Below are positions 49,796-58,639 of a stretch of DNA of 64,000 nucleotides, in pieces. The translations under genes and the position numbers were made by a program. The stretch covers positions 160,001-224,000 of the forward strand of contig CANMWZ010000003.1 in the NCBI GenBank assembly GCA_947501605.1, given 5' to 3'. Within the stretch, counting starts at the first letter, position 1, and every line of letters begins with the position of its first letter. This DNA comes from Planctomycetota bacterium. GTDB taxonomy: Bacteria > Planctomycetota > UBA1135 > UBA2386. The notes under the pieces are model-generated. The model did not search any database, was not told where the DNA came from, and was given only the letters and a program-made list of their open reading frames with translations.

Positions 49796-51448
49796 TCAGG
49801 GCTCGATCGACAGCGGCGCGTCCTCATTGGGCTGGTCCTTGCCCGACGCGATCAACTGGCGCAGATGCACGCGGAACTCACCGCGCTCCTCCGGCTCGGC
49901 CTCACGCCAGCGACCTTGCTGACGCCGGCGATCGATGGCCGATCCCTGTAGCACCACGGAAGTCACGTGGCGCGCCTGGGGCGTGAACACATGCACGCGG
50001 CCCTTCTGGCCAACGACGACGATCGTCGCCTTCTCGGTATCCCAAAGGATGGCCTGGTCGTGCACTTCGCTCGCATCCGGATACGCACGTGGCGTCGGTC
50101 GCTGCCCTTCCTCGCTTCGCGCGACGGCATGCTGGGTTCGGCGCGCCGTGCTGCGCACGCGCCCCGACAGCTTCTGAGCCAAGTCCTGCAGCAACGGCAG
50201 TACGAAGGCTTCGTCGTCGACGGAGCCGCCCCTTTCCTTGCCTTGCAGGCGTAGCGATTCGGAATCGAGGTGGTGCTGGAAGCGGGACAAGATGTTGAGC
50301 ACACCTGGATCCGCCAAGTCCATCAGATCGACTTTGCCAACCGAATGCAGGCGCAGGCGGGGCTTGCCTTCGATGGTCTTGCCGCGCAGCAGCTGGAAGC
50401 TGAAGGCGCACTTCTGCTCGGCGCCGAGGACTCGGAAGAGGCCTGCGTCGACTTGGCCGAGGATCTTGTAGACCGCGGACTCGCCGCCAAACTCGGCCAA
50501 CTGCTGCGTGCGCAGCACACGGCCCATCGACACATGCGTGAGCACCATGTCGTTGCCCGCAAGGAGCACGTCGATGCCCGGATCCTTGCGTTCGATCGCC
50601 ATCGTGACGAAGTCGCCCCACACGGGTCGACCCGTCGAGTTGTAGCCCTCGAACACTTGGCGCGCTTCCGCGGGGCGACAGTGCTCCACGGTCGCGCTCT
50701 CGTTGAAGTAGCAGAACACTGCGCCTGGCTGCAGCGCGCGTTCGTGCTCGCGCACTTCGCGTAGACGCTGGAGGATCTGCTCCATGGCCGCAGAAGCTGC
50801 AGCGCGCGCATCGGCGCGATCATCGAGCGGAATGCGCAAGTTGAGTTCGAGCCAGCGCGGCACGCTGAACGGATCGACACCTTCGACGCGGAGCAACGCC
50901 TGCGCCATCTGACTCAGCGCCTTCACCGCGAACAGGGCGCTGTGCTCGTGGCTGTTGCGACCATCACGACCGTAGTCGCGGCCCCGGTCACGCGGGTGCT
51001 CACGACCGCGGTCGCGGCTCTGCTCTCGATCGCCACGCCGCTCGGACCGTCCTTGCGGACCACCTTCTCGCCGCTGCTGCCGATCCCGCGGAACTCGCGC
51101 CGCACCTGCAGCGGCCCCAGTTGGTGGAGTGACACCATCAAGCGGCGCGATCGCGCCGTCTGCAGGCGGGATCGAACCATCGCCGATCGACCCGTCATCG
51201 GCACCGCGACGCTTCCGCCGACGCCGACGCTTGCGCTTGCCTTCGCCCAAACCACCCTGACCGGGAGGGCCGTCGCCCTGGTCCGATTCGCCCCTCTCCG
51301 GGCCGGTATCGCCCGCGGCATCGTGCTCGCGTTCGCCAAGCGCCTCCCCACCGTCGCCAGCAGTTGAGGCAGCGGCCGAGGGGCGCGGTTCGGCCATTGG
51401 CGGGCCGCTATCGTTCGAAGCGGGAACGTCGGTCGGTTCTGGGTCCAT
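49796..51448 (-). CDS. Hypothetical protein: disordered Arg-rich N-terminus plus ~370-aa globular region
   Basis: Long ORF with typical codon usage; KRKRRRRRKRRG and RDRGRE repeats. Start estimated (ATG 51448). Confidence 0.8.
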   Translation of the reverse strand: MDPEPTDVPASNDSGPPMAEPRPSAAASTAGDGGEALGEREHDAAGDTGPERGESDQGDGPPGQGGLGEGKRKRRRRRKRRGADDGSIGDGSIPPADGAIAPLDGVTPPTGAAAGAARVPRDRQQRREGGPQGRSERRGDREQSRDRGREHPRDRGRDYGRDGRNSHEHSALFAVKALSQMAQALLRVEGVDPFSVPRWLELNLRIPLDDRADARAAASAAMEQILQRLREVREHERALQPGAVFCYFNESATVEHCRPAEARQVFEGYNSTGRPVWGDFVTMAIERKDPGIDVLLAGNDMVLTHVSMGRVLRTQQLAEFGGESAVYKILGQVDAGLFRVLGAEQKCAFSFQLLRGKTIEGKPRLRLHSVGKVDLMDLADPGVLNILSRFQHHLDSESLRLQGKERGGSVDDEAFVLPLLQDLAQKLSGRVRSTARRTQHAVARSEEGQRPTPRAYPDASEVHDQAILWDTEKATIVVVGQKGRVHVFTPQARHVTSVVLQGSAIDRRRQQGRWREAEPEERGEFRVHLRQLIASGKDQPNEDAPLSIEP

Positions 51449-51542
51449 CACGGGGGGACCACCATCCGAGGCGGCGGAGCCGCCAGCAAGAGCCAGCGCG
51501 CATTTCCTTTCGCCGCCCTCGCCTGCTTGAATCGGCTGACCC

Positions 51543-52904
51543 ATGGGCCGCATTCACGATTCGATCCTCACGACCGTCGGTAACACCCCGGTCGTCCGCC
51601 TCGCCCGGCTCGGCCGCGATCTGCCGGTCGAACTGCTCGCCAAGTGCGAGTTCATGAACCCGGGCGGCTCCGTCAAGGACCGGATCGGCATCCGAATGCT
51701 GCTCGACGCCGAGAAGGCTGGCCGCATCAAACCGGGCGACACGCTCATCGAGCCGACGTCCGGCAACACTGGGATCGGCATCGCCCTCGCCGGTGCAGTT
51801 CGAGGCTATCGCGTGATCATCACGATGCCCGAGAAGATGTCCCGCGAGAAGCAGGTCGTGCTCGAAGCCCTCGGTGCCGAGATCATTCGCACGCCAACTG
51901 AGGCAGCCTGGGACGCGCCGGAGAGCCATATTGGCGTCGCGCGACGCCTGAAGCAGGTCATTCCGAACTCCCACATCCTCGATCAATACGGCAACCCGAG
52001 CAACCCGCTCGCCCATTACGAAGGCACCGGTCGCGAGATCGTCGAGCAGTGCGACGGCAAGCTGGATGCCGTCGTCATGACCGCCGGTACCGGTGGCACC
52101 ATCACCGGTGTGGCACGAGCTGTGAAGGAACGCATTCCCGGGTGCCAGATCGTCGGCGTCGACCCCGAGGGCTCGATCCTCGCCGGACCAGCGCAGATCA
52201 AGAGCTACAAGGTCGAAGGCATCGGCTACGACTTCATCCCGGATGTGCTCGACCTCTCGTCGGTGGATCGCTGGGTCAAGAGCAACGACAAGGACAGCTT
52301 CCGCGTCGCCCGCCAGCTCATCCGCCAAGAAGGTCTCTTGGTCGGCGGCAGTTGCGGCGCCGCAGTCTGGGCCGGCATGCAGATCGCCAAGGACTTCAAG
52401 CCTGGCGCTCGGATCCTGTGCATCCTGTCCGACTCGATTCGCAACTACCTGACGAAGTTCGTCGACGATCGCTGGATGCGCGAGAACGGCTTCCTCGAGG
52501 AGGATTGGGCCGTTGGCACCATCGAAGAACTGCTGCGCGCGATGCCTGGTCGCAAGGTCGTCACGATCGATGTCGGCGACGAACTCAAGAATGCGATCGC
52601 ACTCTTCAAGCAACACGGCTTCTCGCAGTTGCCGGTCACGGACCGCGGCGTGCTCGCCGGCATCTTGACGGAGGCGGACGCGCTGCGTGGCCTCGTCGAA
52701 GGCCGAGCATCGGGTAGCACGCGCATCGCCGAAGTCATGGTCCGCAAAGTCAGCACCATCGCGGCGCACGCGCCTTCCGCAGAACTCCCGCGGATCTTCG
52801 AACGCGGCGAAGTGGCGCTCGTCGTCGACCAGAACAGCGCCGTACTCGGGCTGATCACGAAGCTGGACATGATCGAGCACTTGACGCGACGCCCCACGGT
52901 CTGA
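51543..52904 (+). CDS. cbs: Cystathionine beta-synthase with C-terminal CBS pair
   Basis: KCEFMNPGGSVKDR, EPTSGNTG, GTGGT, YKVEGIGYDFIP and RNYLTKF; C-terminal FSQLPV CBS domains. Confidence 0.92.
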   Translation: MGRIHDSILTTVGNTPVVRLARLGRDLPVELLAKCEFMNPGGSVKDRIGIRMLLDAEKAGRIKPGDTLIEPTSGNTGIGIALAGAVRGYRVIITMPEKMSREKQVVLEALGAEIIRTPTEAAWDAPESHIGVARRLKQVIPNSHILDQYGNPSNPLAHYEGTGREIVEQCDGKLDAVVMTAGTGGTITGVARAVKERIPGCQIVGVDPEGSILAGPAQIKSYKVEGIGYDFIPDVLDLSSVDRWVKSNDKDSFRVARQLIRQEGLLVGGSCGAAVWAGMQIAKDFKPGARILCILSDSIRNYLTKFVDDRWMRENGFLEEDWAVGTIEELLRAMPGRKVVTIDVGDELKNAIALFKQHGFSQLPVTDRGVLAGILTEADALRGLVEGRASGSTRIAEVMVRKVSTIAAHAPSAELPRIFERGEVALVVDQNSAVLGLITKLDMIEHLTRRPTV

Positions 52905-53087
52905 GCCGCGCCCGTCCGTGTGCAGGATGACCCGCCCCCCGTCGCGGGGCGTCGCGCCACCGTGGATTTGGCCGTCGAGTTGCCAGTCACTGCGCCGCGG
53001 GCCGCCATGTCATCGGCGGCTCGTGGAGCGCTGCTGTCGCGCGAAAGAAGATCGAAATCGCTTCGTCCCCGCTGCGCCGACGCGACC

Positions 53088-53113
53088 TATACTCCTGTGG
53101 CAAGTCTCGTGCC
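53088..53113 (+). promoter_or_regulatory. Candidate sigma-70 -10 box (TATACT) followed by a sigma-54-like site upstream of rpoN
   Basis: TATACT at 53088-53093; TGGCAAGTCTCGTGC at 53098-53112 (GG-N10-GC). Confidence 0.4.
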
Positions 53114-53183
53114 TGAAGGCCACTTTGCTGGCCTTGCACGGTGACCCGCATTCCCAACCTAGCTATCTCCTCCTGTGTCGTCG

Positions 53184-54611
53184 ATGCGCCTTGGTCTGAC
53201 TCAGAGCCTGCGAACCGAGCAGCGGCTCATGCAGTCGCCGCAGATGATCCAGGCGATGCAGATCCTTCAGACTCCACTCCTGGAGCTGAAAGACCAGATC
53301 GAGCAGGAACTGCAGGAAAACGTCTTCCTCGAGCTGAAAGACGACCCGCGGGAGAACCAAGAGCGACCCGAGCCGCTGCCGGCGCTCGAAGAGAAGATGC
53401 AGCGGGAGTTCAGCGACCAGCTGGACCAGTTGGAACTGCGCATGGGCCCGGGACAGCGCGGCCTCTCCGGTAGTTCTGGCGGCAGCTCCCACGACGAGGA
53501 GGACCGTAAACAGAGCGCGTTGAACAACACGGCTGGGCACGACATGTCGTTGCCCGAGCACTTGATGTCGCAGGCGCGAATCCTGGACCTCGACGAAGAC
53601 CTGCTGCACTTGGTCGAGCACGTCATCTACTCGCTCGACGCCGACGCCAAGCTGCAAGACACCGCCGAGCAGGTTGCCCAGCAGATGCTGGTCCCGATCC
53701 CCCTCGCCGAGAAGGCGATCCAGATCGTCCGCAGCCTCGAACCAACCGGCGTCGCCGCACGCGATCTGCGCGACCGCCTGCTGATGCAGCTCGATCGACT
53801 CGAGTATGTGCGCCCACTGACTCGGATACTGGTCGCCAACTACCTCGAGGATGTTGCCCGCAACAAGCTGCCGAAGATCTGCAAGGAAACCGGCGCGACC
53901 ATCGACGAGATCAAGGACAGCATCGAGTACCTGCGCCACGCCTGCGATCCCAACCCGGCGAGCGCATTCGACCAGAACACCAACTCCGGGGTGATCCCCG
54001 ACGTCGTGGTGCTGGAAAACGACGGCAAGTACGAGGTCAAGTCACAGCGCGGCTCCGTCCCCGAGCTGTCACTCTCGCCGCGCTACCGCGAGATGCTGAA
54101 AGAGGCGAAGTCCGACCCGCAGATCTACGAGTATCTGCGGCGCAAAATCGAGGCGGCCAAGTGGTTCATCGAAGCGGTGCACCAGCGCCAGAGCACGATC
54201 GAACGCATCGCCGGCGAGGTCGTACGCCGCCAAGACGGTTTCTTGCGCCACGGCGTCCAGCAACTGAAGCCGATGAAGATGCAGGACATCGCCGACACGG
54301 TCGGAGTTCACATCTCGACGGTGAGCCGTGCGATCTCCGGCAAGTTCATCGAGACGCCACAGGGCATCTTCGACATGAAGCGCTTCTTCAGCGGCGGCAC
54401 GCAAAACGACGACGGCGCGATGGTCAGCCAGCAGGCCGTGAAGGACACGCTGAAGCACATCGTCGAAGGCGAGGACAAGAGCAACCCACTGAGCGACGAC
54501 CAGCTGGTCCTGGAACTCAGCAAGAAGGGTGTGCACATTGCCCGCCGTACCGTGACCAAGTACCGCAAGGCGCTCCACATCGATTCGTCGACGCGCCGAC
54601 GTCAGTTTTGA
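53184..54611 (+). CDS. rpoN: RNA polymerase sigma-54 factor
   Basis: Gln/Leu-rich region I, LEPTGVAARDL, HISTVSRA and RpoN box ARRTVTKYR. Confidence 0.97.
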   Translation: MRLGLTQSLRTEQRLMQSPQMIQAMQILQTPLLELKDQIEQELQENVFLELKDDPRENQERPEPLPALEEKMQREFSDQLDQLELRMGPGQRGLSGSSGGSSHDEEDRKQSALNNTAGHDMSLPEHLMSQARILDLDEDLLHLVEHVIYSLDADAKLQDTAEQVAQQMLVPIPLAEKAIQIVRSLEPTGVAARDLRDRLLMQLDRLEYVRPLTRILVANYLEDVARNKLPKICKETGATIDEIKDSIEYLRHACDPNPASAFDQNTNSGVIPDVVVLENDGKYEVKSQRGSVPELSLSPRYREMLKEAKSDPQIYEYLRRKIEAAKWFIEAVHQRQSTIERIAGEVVRRQDGFLRHGVQQLKPMKMQDIADTVGVHISTVSRAISGKFIETPQGIFDMKRFFSGGTQNDDGAMVSQQAVKDTLKHIVEGEDKSNPLSDDQLVLELSKKGVHIARRTVTKYRKALHIDSSTRRRQF

Positions 54612-54748
54612 ACCCGACCACGCGCGCTCGGGTGCGCCTTCTCGACTGAGGCCTCTTCTGCGGGCCGCTTGGCCGCGATATCGTGCCCCGCCTCAAGAAG
54701 GGCCTGCGCCCGCTGCATCCGCTCCACCAAGACTCAACGTCGAAAGCC

Positions 54749-55309
54749 ATGGCGATCCGCGTCACAGAAGCCAAGAGAGGCATGGTCATCCGCTTCGAGG
54801 GTGATCTCTATCAGGTCACCAAGTACGACCACGTGACGCCAGGCAACTGGCGCGCGATCCACCACCTCAACCTGAAGAACTTGAAGACGGGGCGGCAGAA
54901 GGACGTCCGCATGAACACCAGCGATCAGATCGAACCGGTCTATCTGGACTCGCGCGAATCCCAGTACCTTTTCAAGGACTCGCTTGGCTTCACGTTCATG
55001 GACAACGAGACGTTCGAGCAGTTCGTGCTCAGCGCCGACGTGATCGGTGATGCGATGCAGTACATCACCGACAACAGCACCGTGACGGTGGTCTTCTGCG
55101 AGAGTGAGGCGCTCACCGTGCAGTTGCCACCGACCGTGGCACTCGAGATCATCGAGACCGAGAATGCCGCGCGTGGCGACACCGTCAGCAGTTTGAACAA
55201 GCCCGCCAAGCTGAGCACGGGACTCGAGATCAAGGTCCCGGGCCACATCAAGGTCGGGGAGATCGTCAAGGTGAACACCGAGACCGGTGAGTTCCTCGGC
55301 CGCGCCTGA
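54749..55309 (+). CDS. efp: Translation elongation factor P, PGNWR-tip variant
   Basis: HVTPGNWRA, YLFKD..FTFMD.ETFEQ, RGDT..KPA.LSTG and VP..I..GE..KVNTETGEF. Confidence 0.95.
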   Translation: MAIRVTEAKRGMVIRFEGDLYQVTKYDHVTPGNWRAIHHLNLKNLKTGRQKDVRMNTSDQIEPVYLDSRESQYLFKDSLGFTFMDNETFEQFVLSADVIGDAMQYITDNSTVTVVFCESEALTVQLPPTVALEIIETENAARGDTVSSLNKPAKLSTGLEIKVPGHIKVGEIVKVNTETGEFLGRA

Positions 55310-55346
55310 CGCCCGACGGACCGCCGGCAGCCGCCCCTAAGACCCC

Positions 55347-55583
55347 ATGCAGAACCCGATCCGCTTCCTGTGCGCCATCCTGATCGCGACTGCGGTCGCT
55401 CTACTCATCTACAGCTTGGCTGTCGACGTGAAGGAGTATCGCGCACCTGCAGGCATTGATTTCCTCCTCGCGACACCGACCGAGTGCGCCGCTTGGGGAG
55501 GGGGTCTCCTCGTGTTTGGCCTGTTGTTGCTCGTGATGTTCGGCGGTCGCAGCCAAGGCTTCGATAAGCCCGGAAAGCCGTAG
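55347..55583 (+). CDS. Small two-TM membrane protein
   Basis: 78 aa with two hydrophobic segments; directly downstream of efp. Confidence 0.7.
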   Translation: MQNPIRFLCAILIATAVALLIYSLAVDVKEYRAPAGIDFLLATPTECAAWGGGLLVFGLLLLVMFGGRSQGFDKPGKP

Positions 55584-55589
55584 CACCGC

Positions 55590-55623
55590 CCCGAACGTCC
55601 ACGCTGCCCGAACGTCCACGCTG
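55590..55623. repeat. Perfect 17-bp tandem duplication CCCGAACGTCCACGCTG x2
   Basis: Identical copies at 55590-55606 and 55607-55623. Confidence 0.9.
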
Positions 55624-55642
55624 GTCGGAAGCTGGACCAGCG
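55619..55642. terminator. GC-rich hairpin between convergent genes, possible terminator
   Basis: CGCTGGTC-N8-GACCAGCG forms an 8-bp perfect stem; no U-tract. Confidence 0.35.
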
Positions 55643-55730
55643 GTGCCTCCTCTGCAGGCTCAGGCCTGCAGTGCCTCCTGTGCAGGCTCACGCCTGCAGT
55701 GCCTCCTGTGCAGGCTCACGCCTGCAGTGC
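55643..55730. repeat. 28-bp palindromic tandem repeat x3 overlapping the larC stop
   Basis: GTGCCTCCT(C/G)TGCAGGCTCA(G/C)GCCTGCA at 55643, 55671 and 55699; each has a TGCAGGC-N4-GCCTGCA stem. Confidence 0.93.
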
Positions 55731-56975
55731 GGCGAGGACTTCGGCGCGCAACAGGGACCGCTCCTGACACAACCGACGCAATTCGTCGTCCTCCGGTCGC
55801 GCAACCAAGGCACCCGAAGGCAACCGCGCGCATTTGAACACGACCTCACCCAACGCGGTCGAACGCGTTTCCTGCCAACGCTCCACCACCGAGCGCTCCA
55901 TTCGGTGTCGGCGCACGCCGAAGGACCCGGACTCCTCGAGCAACCAAGTCGCCATCGACTCGGCCGTGGCAAGATCGCACAGAATCGTCAGTAGATAGCC
56001 CGGGCGGCCCTTCTTCATCTGCACCGCGGTCGCAAACGCATCGAGTGCCTTCCGTCGCATCGCCTCGTCGAGCAAGTAGCCGAGGTGCTCCCCGGTGGCC
56101 GTGTCGAGCTGGCACTGCAGTTCTTCGATCTGCGCGACCGAGCCAGGGTCGCGCAACGCACCAACCGTGAGTCGCAGCAGATTGGGCACTTCGGCATCGT
56201 CGCGGGTGCCGGCGCCGTAGCCGACGCGCTGCGGGACGAAGGCTAGCTTCGGTTCGAACTCGGCGACCAGAGCGCGCAACAGCGCGGCGCCGGTCGGCGT
56301 CGTGCGCTCGCCGACAAGGCCTCCGATCCGCACGGGTACACCGAACAGCAACTCGAGCGTCGCTGGCGCCGGCACTGGCAAGATTCCGTGCGCCGCCCGC
56401 ACCGTCCCGGAACCAACCGCGACCGCCGAACTGTAGAGTCGCTCGATGCCCAGCATGTGCGTGCCCGCGCACGCGCACACGATGTCCACGATCGTGTCCT
56501 CGGCGCCGACTTCGTGAAAGTGCACCTGCTCGATCGTGGTGGCGTGCGCCTTGGCTTCGACCTCGGCAATCGCTTCGAAGGTCGCGATGCAGCTACGTTC
56601 CACTGGCGCTGGCAGCTTGGCTCGCTGCAGGATCGAGAGGATGTCCGCCAGACCGCGATGGGAGTGCGTCGTCAACGCGGCTGTGGTTGGTCGCAGCGGC
56701 ATGGTCGGTAGCGGCTTCAGCATCGGTGCAGTCGCGCGCGGCTGCTTGCCGTCCTCCAAGGCCCGCCCAGGTTCTGTGCCGTAGAGTTCGACCACGAAGC
56801 GCGTGCCAGCGATGCTGGCCCGCAGGACGCGTTCGCTTCGAATCGTCACGCCGGGTAGCTGCAACGAGGCTGCGACCTCGCGGAGTGCCTCGAGCGACAG
56901 GCCCGCATCGAGCAGGGCACCAACCCACATGTCGCCGGAGACCCCCGAGAAACAATCCAGATAGCCGATCCGCAT
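55716..56975 (-). CDS. larC: Nickel-pincer cofactor biosynthesis protein LarC
   Basis: YLDCFSGVSGDM, VHFHEVGA.D, AHG.LPVPAPAT, TPTGAA and MKKGRPG. Confidence 0.95.
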   Translation of the reverse strand: MRIGYLDCFSGVSGDMWVGALLDAGLSLEALREVAASLQLPGVTIRSERVLRASIAGTRFVVELYGTEPGRALEDGKQPRATAPMLKPLPTMPLRPTTAALTTHSHRGLADILSILQRAKLPAPVERSCIATFEAIAEVEAKAHATTIEQVHFHEVGAEDTIVDIVCACAGTHMLGIERLYSSAVAVGSGTVRAAHGILPVPAPATLELLFGVPVRIGGLVGERTTPTGAALLRALVAEFEPKLAFVPQRVGYGAGTRDDAEVPNLLRLTVGALRDPGSVAQIEELQCQLDTATGEHLGYLLDEAMRRKALDAFATAVQMKKGRPGYLLTILCDLATAESMATWLLEESGSFGVRRHRMERSVVERWQETRSTALGEVVFKCARLPSGALVARPEDDELRRLCQERSLLRAEVLAALQA

Positions 56976-57184
56976 GATTGAGGAACGGACTTTGCTCGGC
57001 ACCGACCCGCAGAACAACAGCCTGCCCCGGTGCCCGGCGCAGAACCGCATGCTCCGCCCCCGTAGCGTCGGTTCCGCTGCAGCAGAGGCAACCCTTGCTG
57101 ACCATGGCCACAGCCTCAATATGCCGCACTGGATTCGCTCGGCGGCTGCGCGAAGTCGCTCGCGCGGCCCTCGACGACGTCGCG

Positions 57185-58606
57185 ATGCTGGCGGTCGGGT
57201 TCCTGTTGAGCGGATCGATGGCCTCGCCGACGCAGAGCCCGGAGCCAGAAACGGCCCTCGAACGGCTGCTTTACGCTGACGCCGAACCCCACCTGTCCGA
57301 CGCGGATCCGATCGTACGCGGCGAGGCGGCGCTGACCCTCGCGAGCGGTCGCGATCCACACGTCTATCCCGCCCTCCTGCGCGTCGCCAAGGACGCCCAC
57401 CCCGACGCTCGACTGCGCGGCATCCTCGCGCTCAGTTTCCTTGGCGCACCGGGCACCGCCCAGTTCCTCGCCAGCGTGCTCAACGACCGCGAAGCGCGAA
57501 CGGAATCCGCTGGCCTCGCAGCCGCCTATGCGCTGGCTCGATTGCCGGCCGACCAGTCCGCCTCGGTGTTGGCGTACCAATTGTCGCGGCTCTCGGAGTC
57601 GAGCTACAAACGGCAGCGAGACGTGCTGCTCGCCTTGCTCGCCGGACTCCTGCAGCGCGATCCAACCGACCAATGCGCACCGTTGCAGCGGCTGCTCAAC
57701 GACGCCTCGCAGAAGGACCCGCGCTCCCGCTCGGCGCTGCTGACGGCGCTCGGTCCGATCGGAACGGCGGCGACACAGCCATGGATCGAGAGCAGCCTCG
57801 CATCGCGAAGCCCGGAACTCCGACTCGCGGCGCTCTCGGCGTTGTCGTTCCCGCCAGGAGCCGAGGATTCGTTCGCCGCAGCAGCAGTGCGCCTCTGCGG
57901 GCACGACCCAGAACCGAGAGTCCGCACTGCCGCGCTGGCCCATCTGACCCGCATGCGGCACCTGCCGGCACTCGATTTGTCCGCAACCGCCCTCCGCAGC
58001 ATCGACGCCGGTGAAGTCGCGCAGGCCGTACGCACTGCCATCCAATTGGGCGGCAACCCGATGCGGCACACCCTCGAACGGCAGTTCGAGTATCTGGAGC
58101 CCCACGCACAGCGGGCGGTGTTGCAGGCGCTTTCGTCCTTGGACAACTCGATCTCGGACGAGTTTGCGGACACCTGCCGGGCGCTGACCTTCGATGCAAC
58201 CCGCCCTGCAGACCTGCGTGCGGCGGCAGCACTGTTGCTCTGCAAGCACGCCGATCAAGCACCCACGGCGGCTCTCGATACGGCCTTTGCTTCCGTGCAC
58301 GATCCGCGCACCTTGACCGACCTGGCACGCGCTCGGAGCGCGAACGGCGGCGCGCACGAACTACTGCGGTTCGTGGTGTTGCCCTGCAAACTCGACGAGG
58401 AGCAGCTTCAGACTGACCGCTTGACGGCACTGTTGCGCGCCGACTCGTCCCACGCCAGTCGCCGGTGCATCGAATGGTTGCGGGAAGAGGATCTCGGCCG
58501 CAGCAGGGCGGTAGTACTCCGGGCGCTGCGCCAGAGCCGGTTGCCGACGCAGACGGAACCGTCGCGCGACTTCGTTCCCGCCGCCCTACGGTTGGTCCTG
58601 CACTGA
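57185..58606 (+). CDS. HEAT-repeat protein, possibly exported
   Basis: Repeated D.DP.VR..AA..L units. Start uncertain. Confidence 0.78.
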   Translation: MLAVGFLLSGSMASPTQSPEPETALERLLYADAEPHLSDADPIVRGEAALTLASGRDPHVYPALLRVAKDAHPDARLRGILALSFLGAPGTAQFLASVLNDREARTESAGLAAAYALARLPADQSASVLAYQLSRLSESSYKRQRDVLLALLAGLLQRDPTDQCAPLQRLLNDASQKDPRSRSALLTALGPIGTAATQPWIESSLASRSPELRLAALSALSFPPGAEDSFAAAAVRLCGHDPEPRVRTAALAHLTRMRHLPALDLSATALRSIDAGEVAQAVRTAIQLGGNPMRHTLERQFEYLEPHAQRAVLQALSSLDNSISDEFADTCRALTFDATRPADLRAAAALLLCKHADQAPTAALDTAFASVHDPRTLTDLARARSANGGAHELLRFVVLPCKLDEEQLQTDRLTALLRADSSHASRRCIEWLREEDLGRSRAVVLRALRQSRLPTQTEPSRDFVPAALRLVLH

Positions 58607-58639
58607 GCACCCGCCGAACGAGCCCGCCGCCAATTGCGA

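Noticed and set aside
55643..55730. 28-bp palindromic repeats as a CRISPR array
   Set aside because: The units are head-to-tail with no spacers, they overlap a CDS end, and there are no cas genes in the window.
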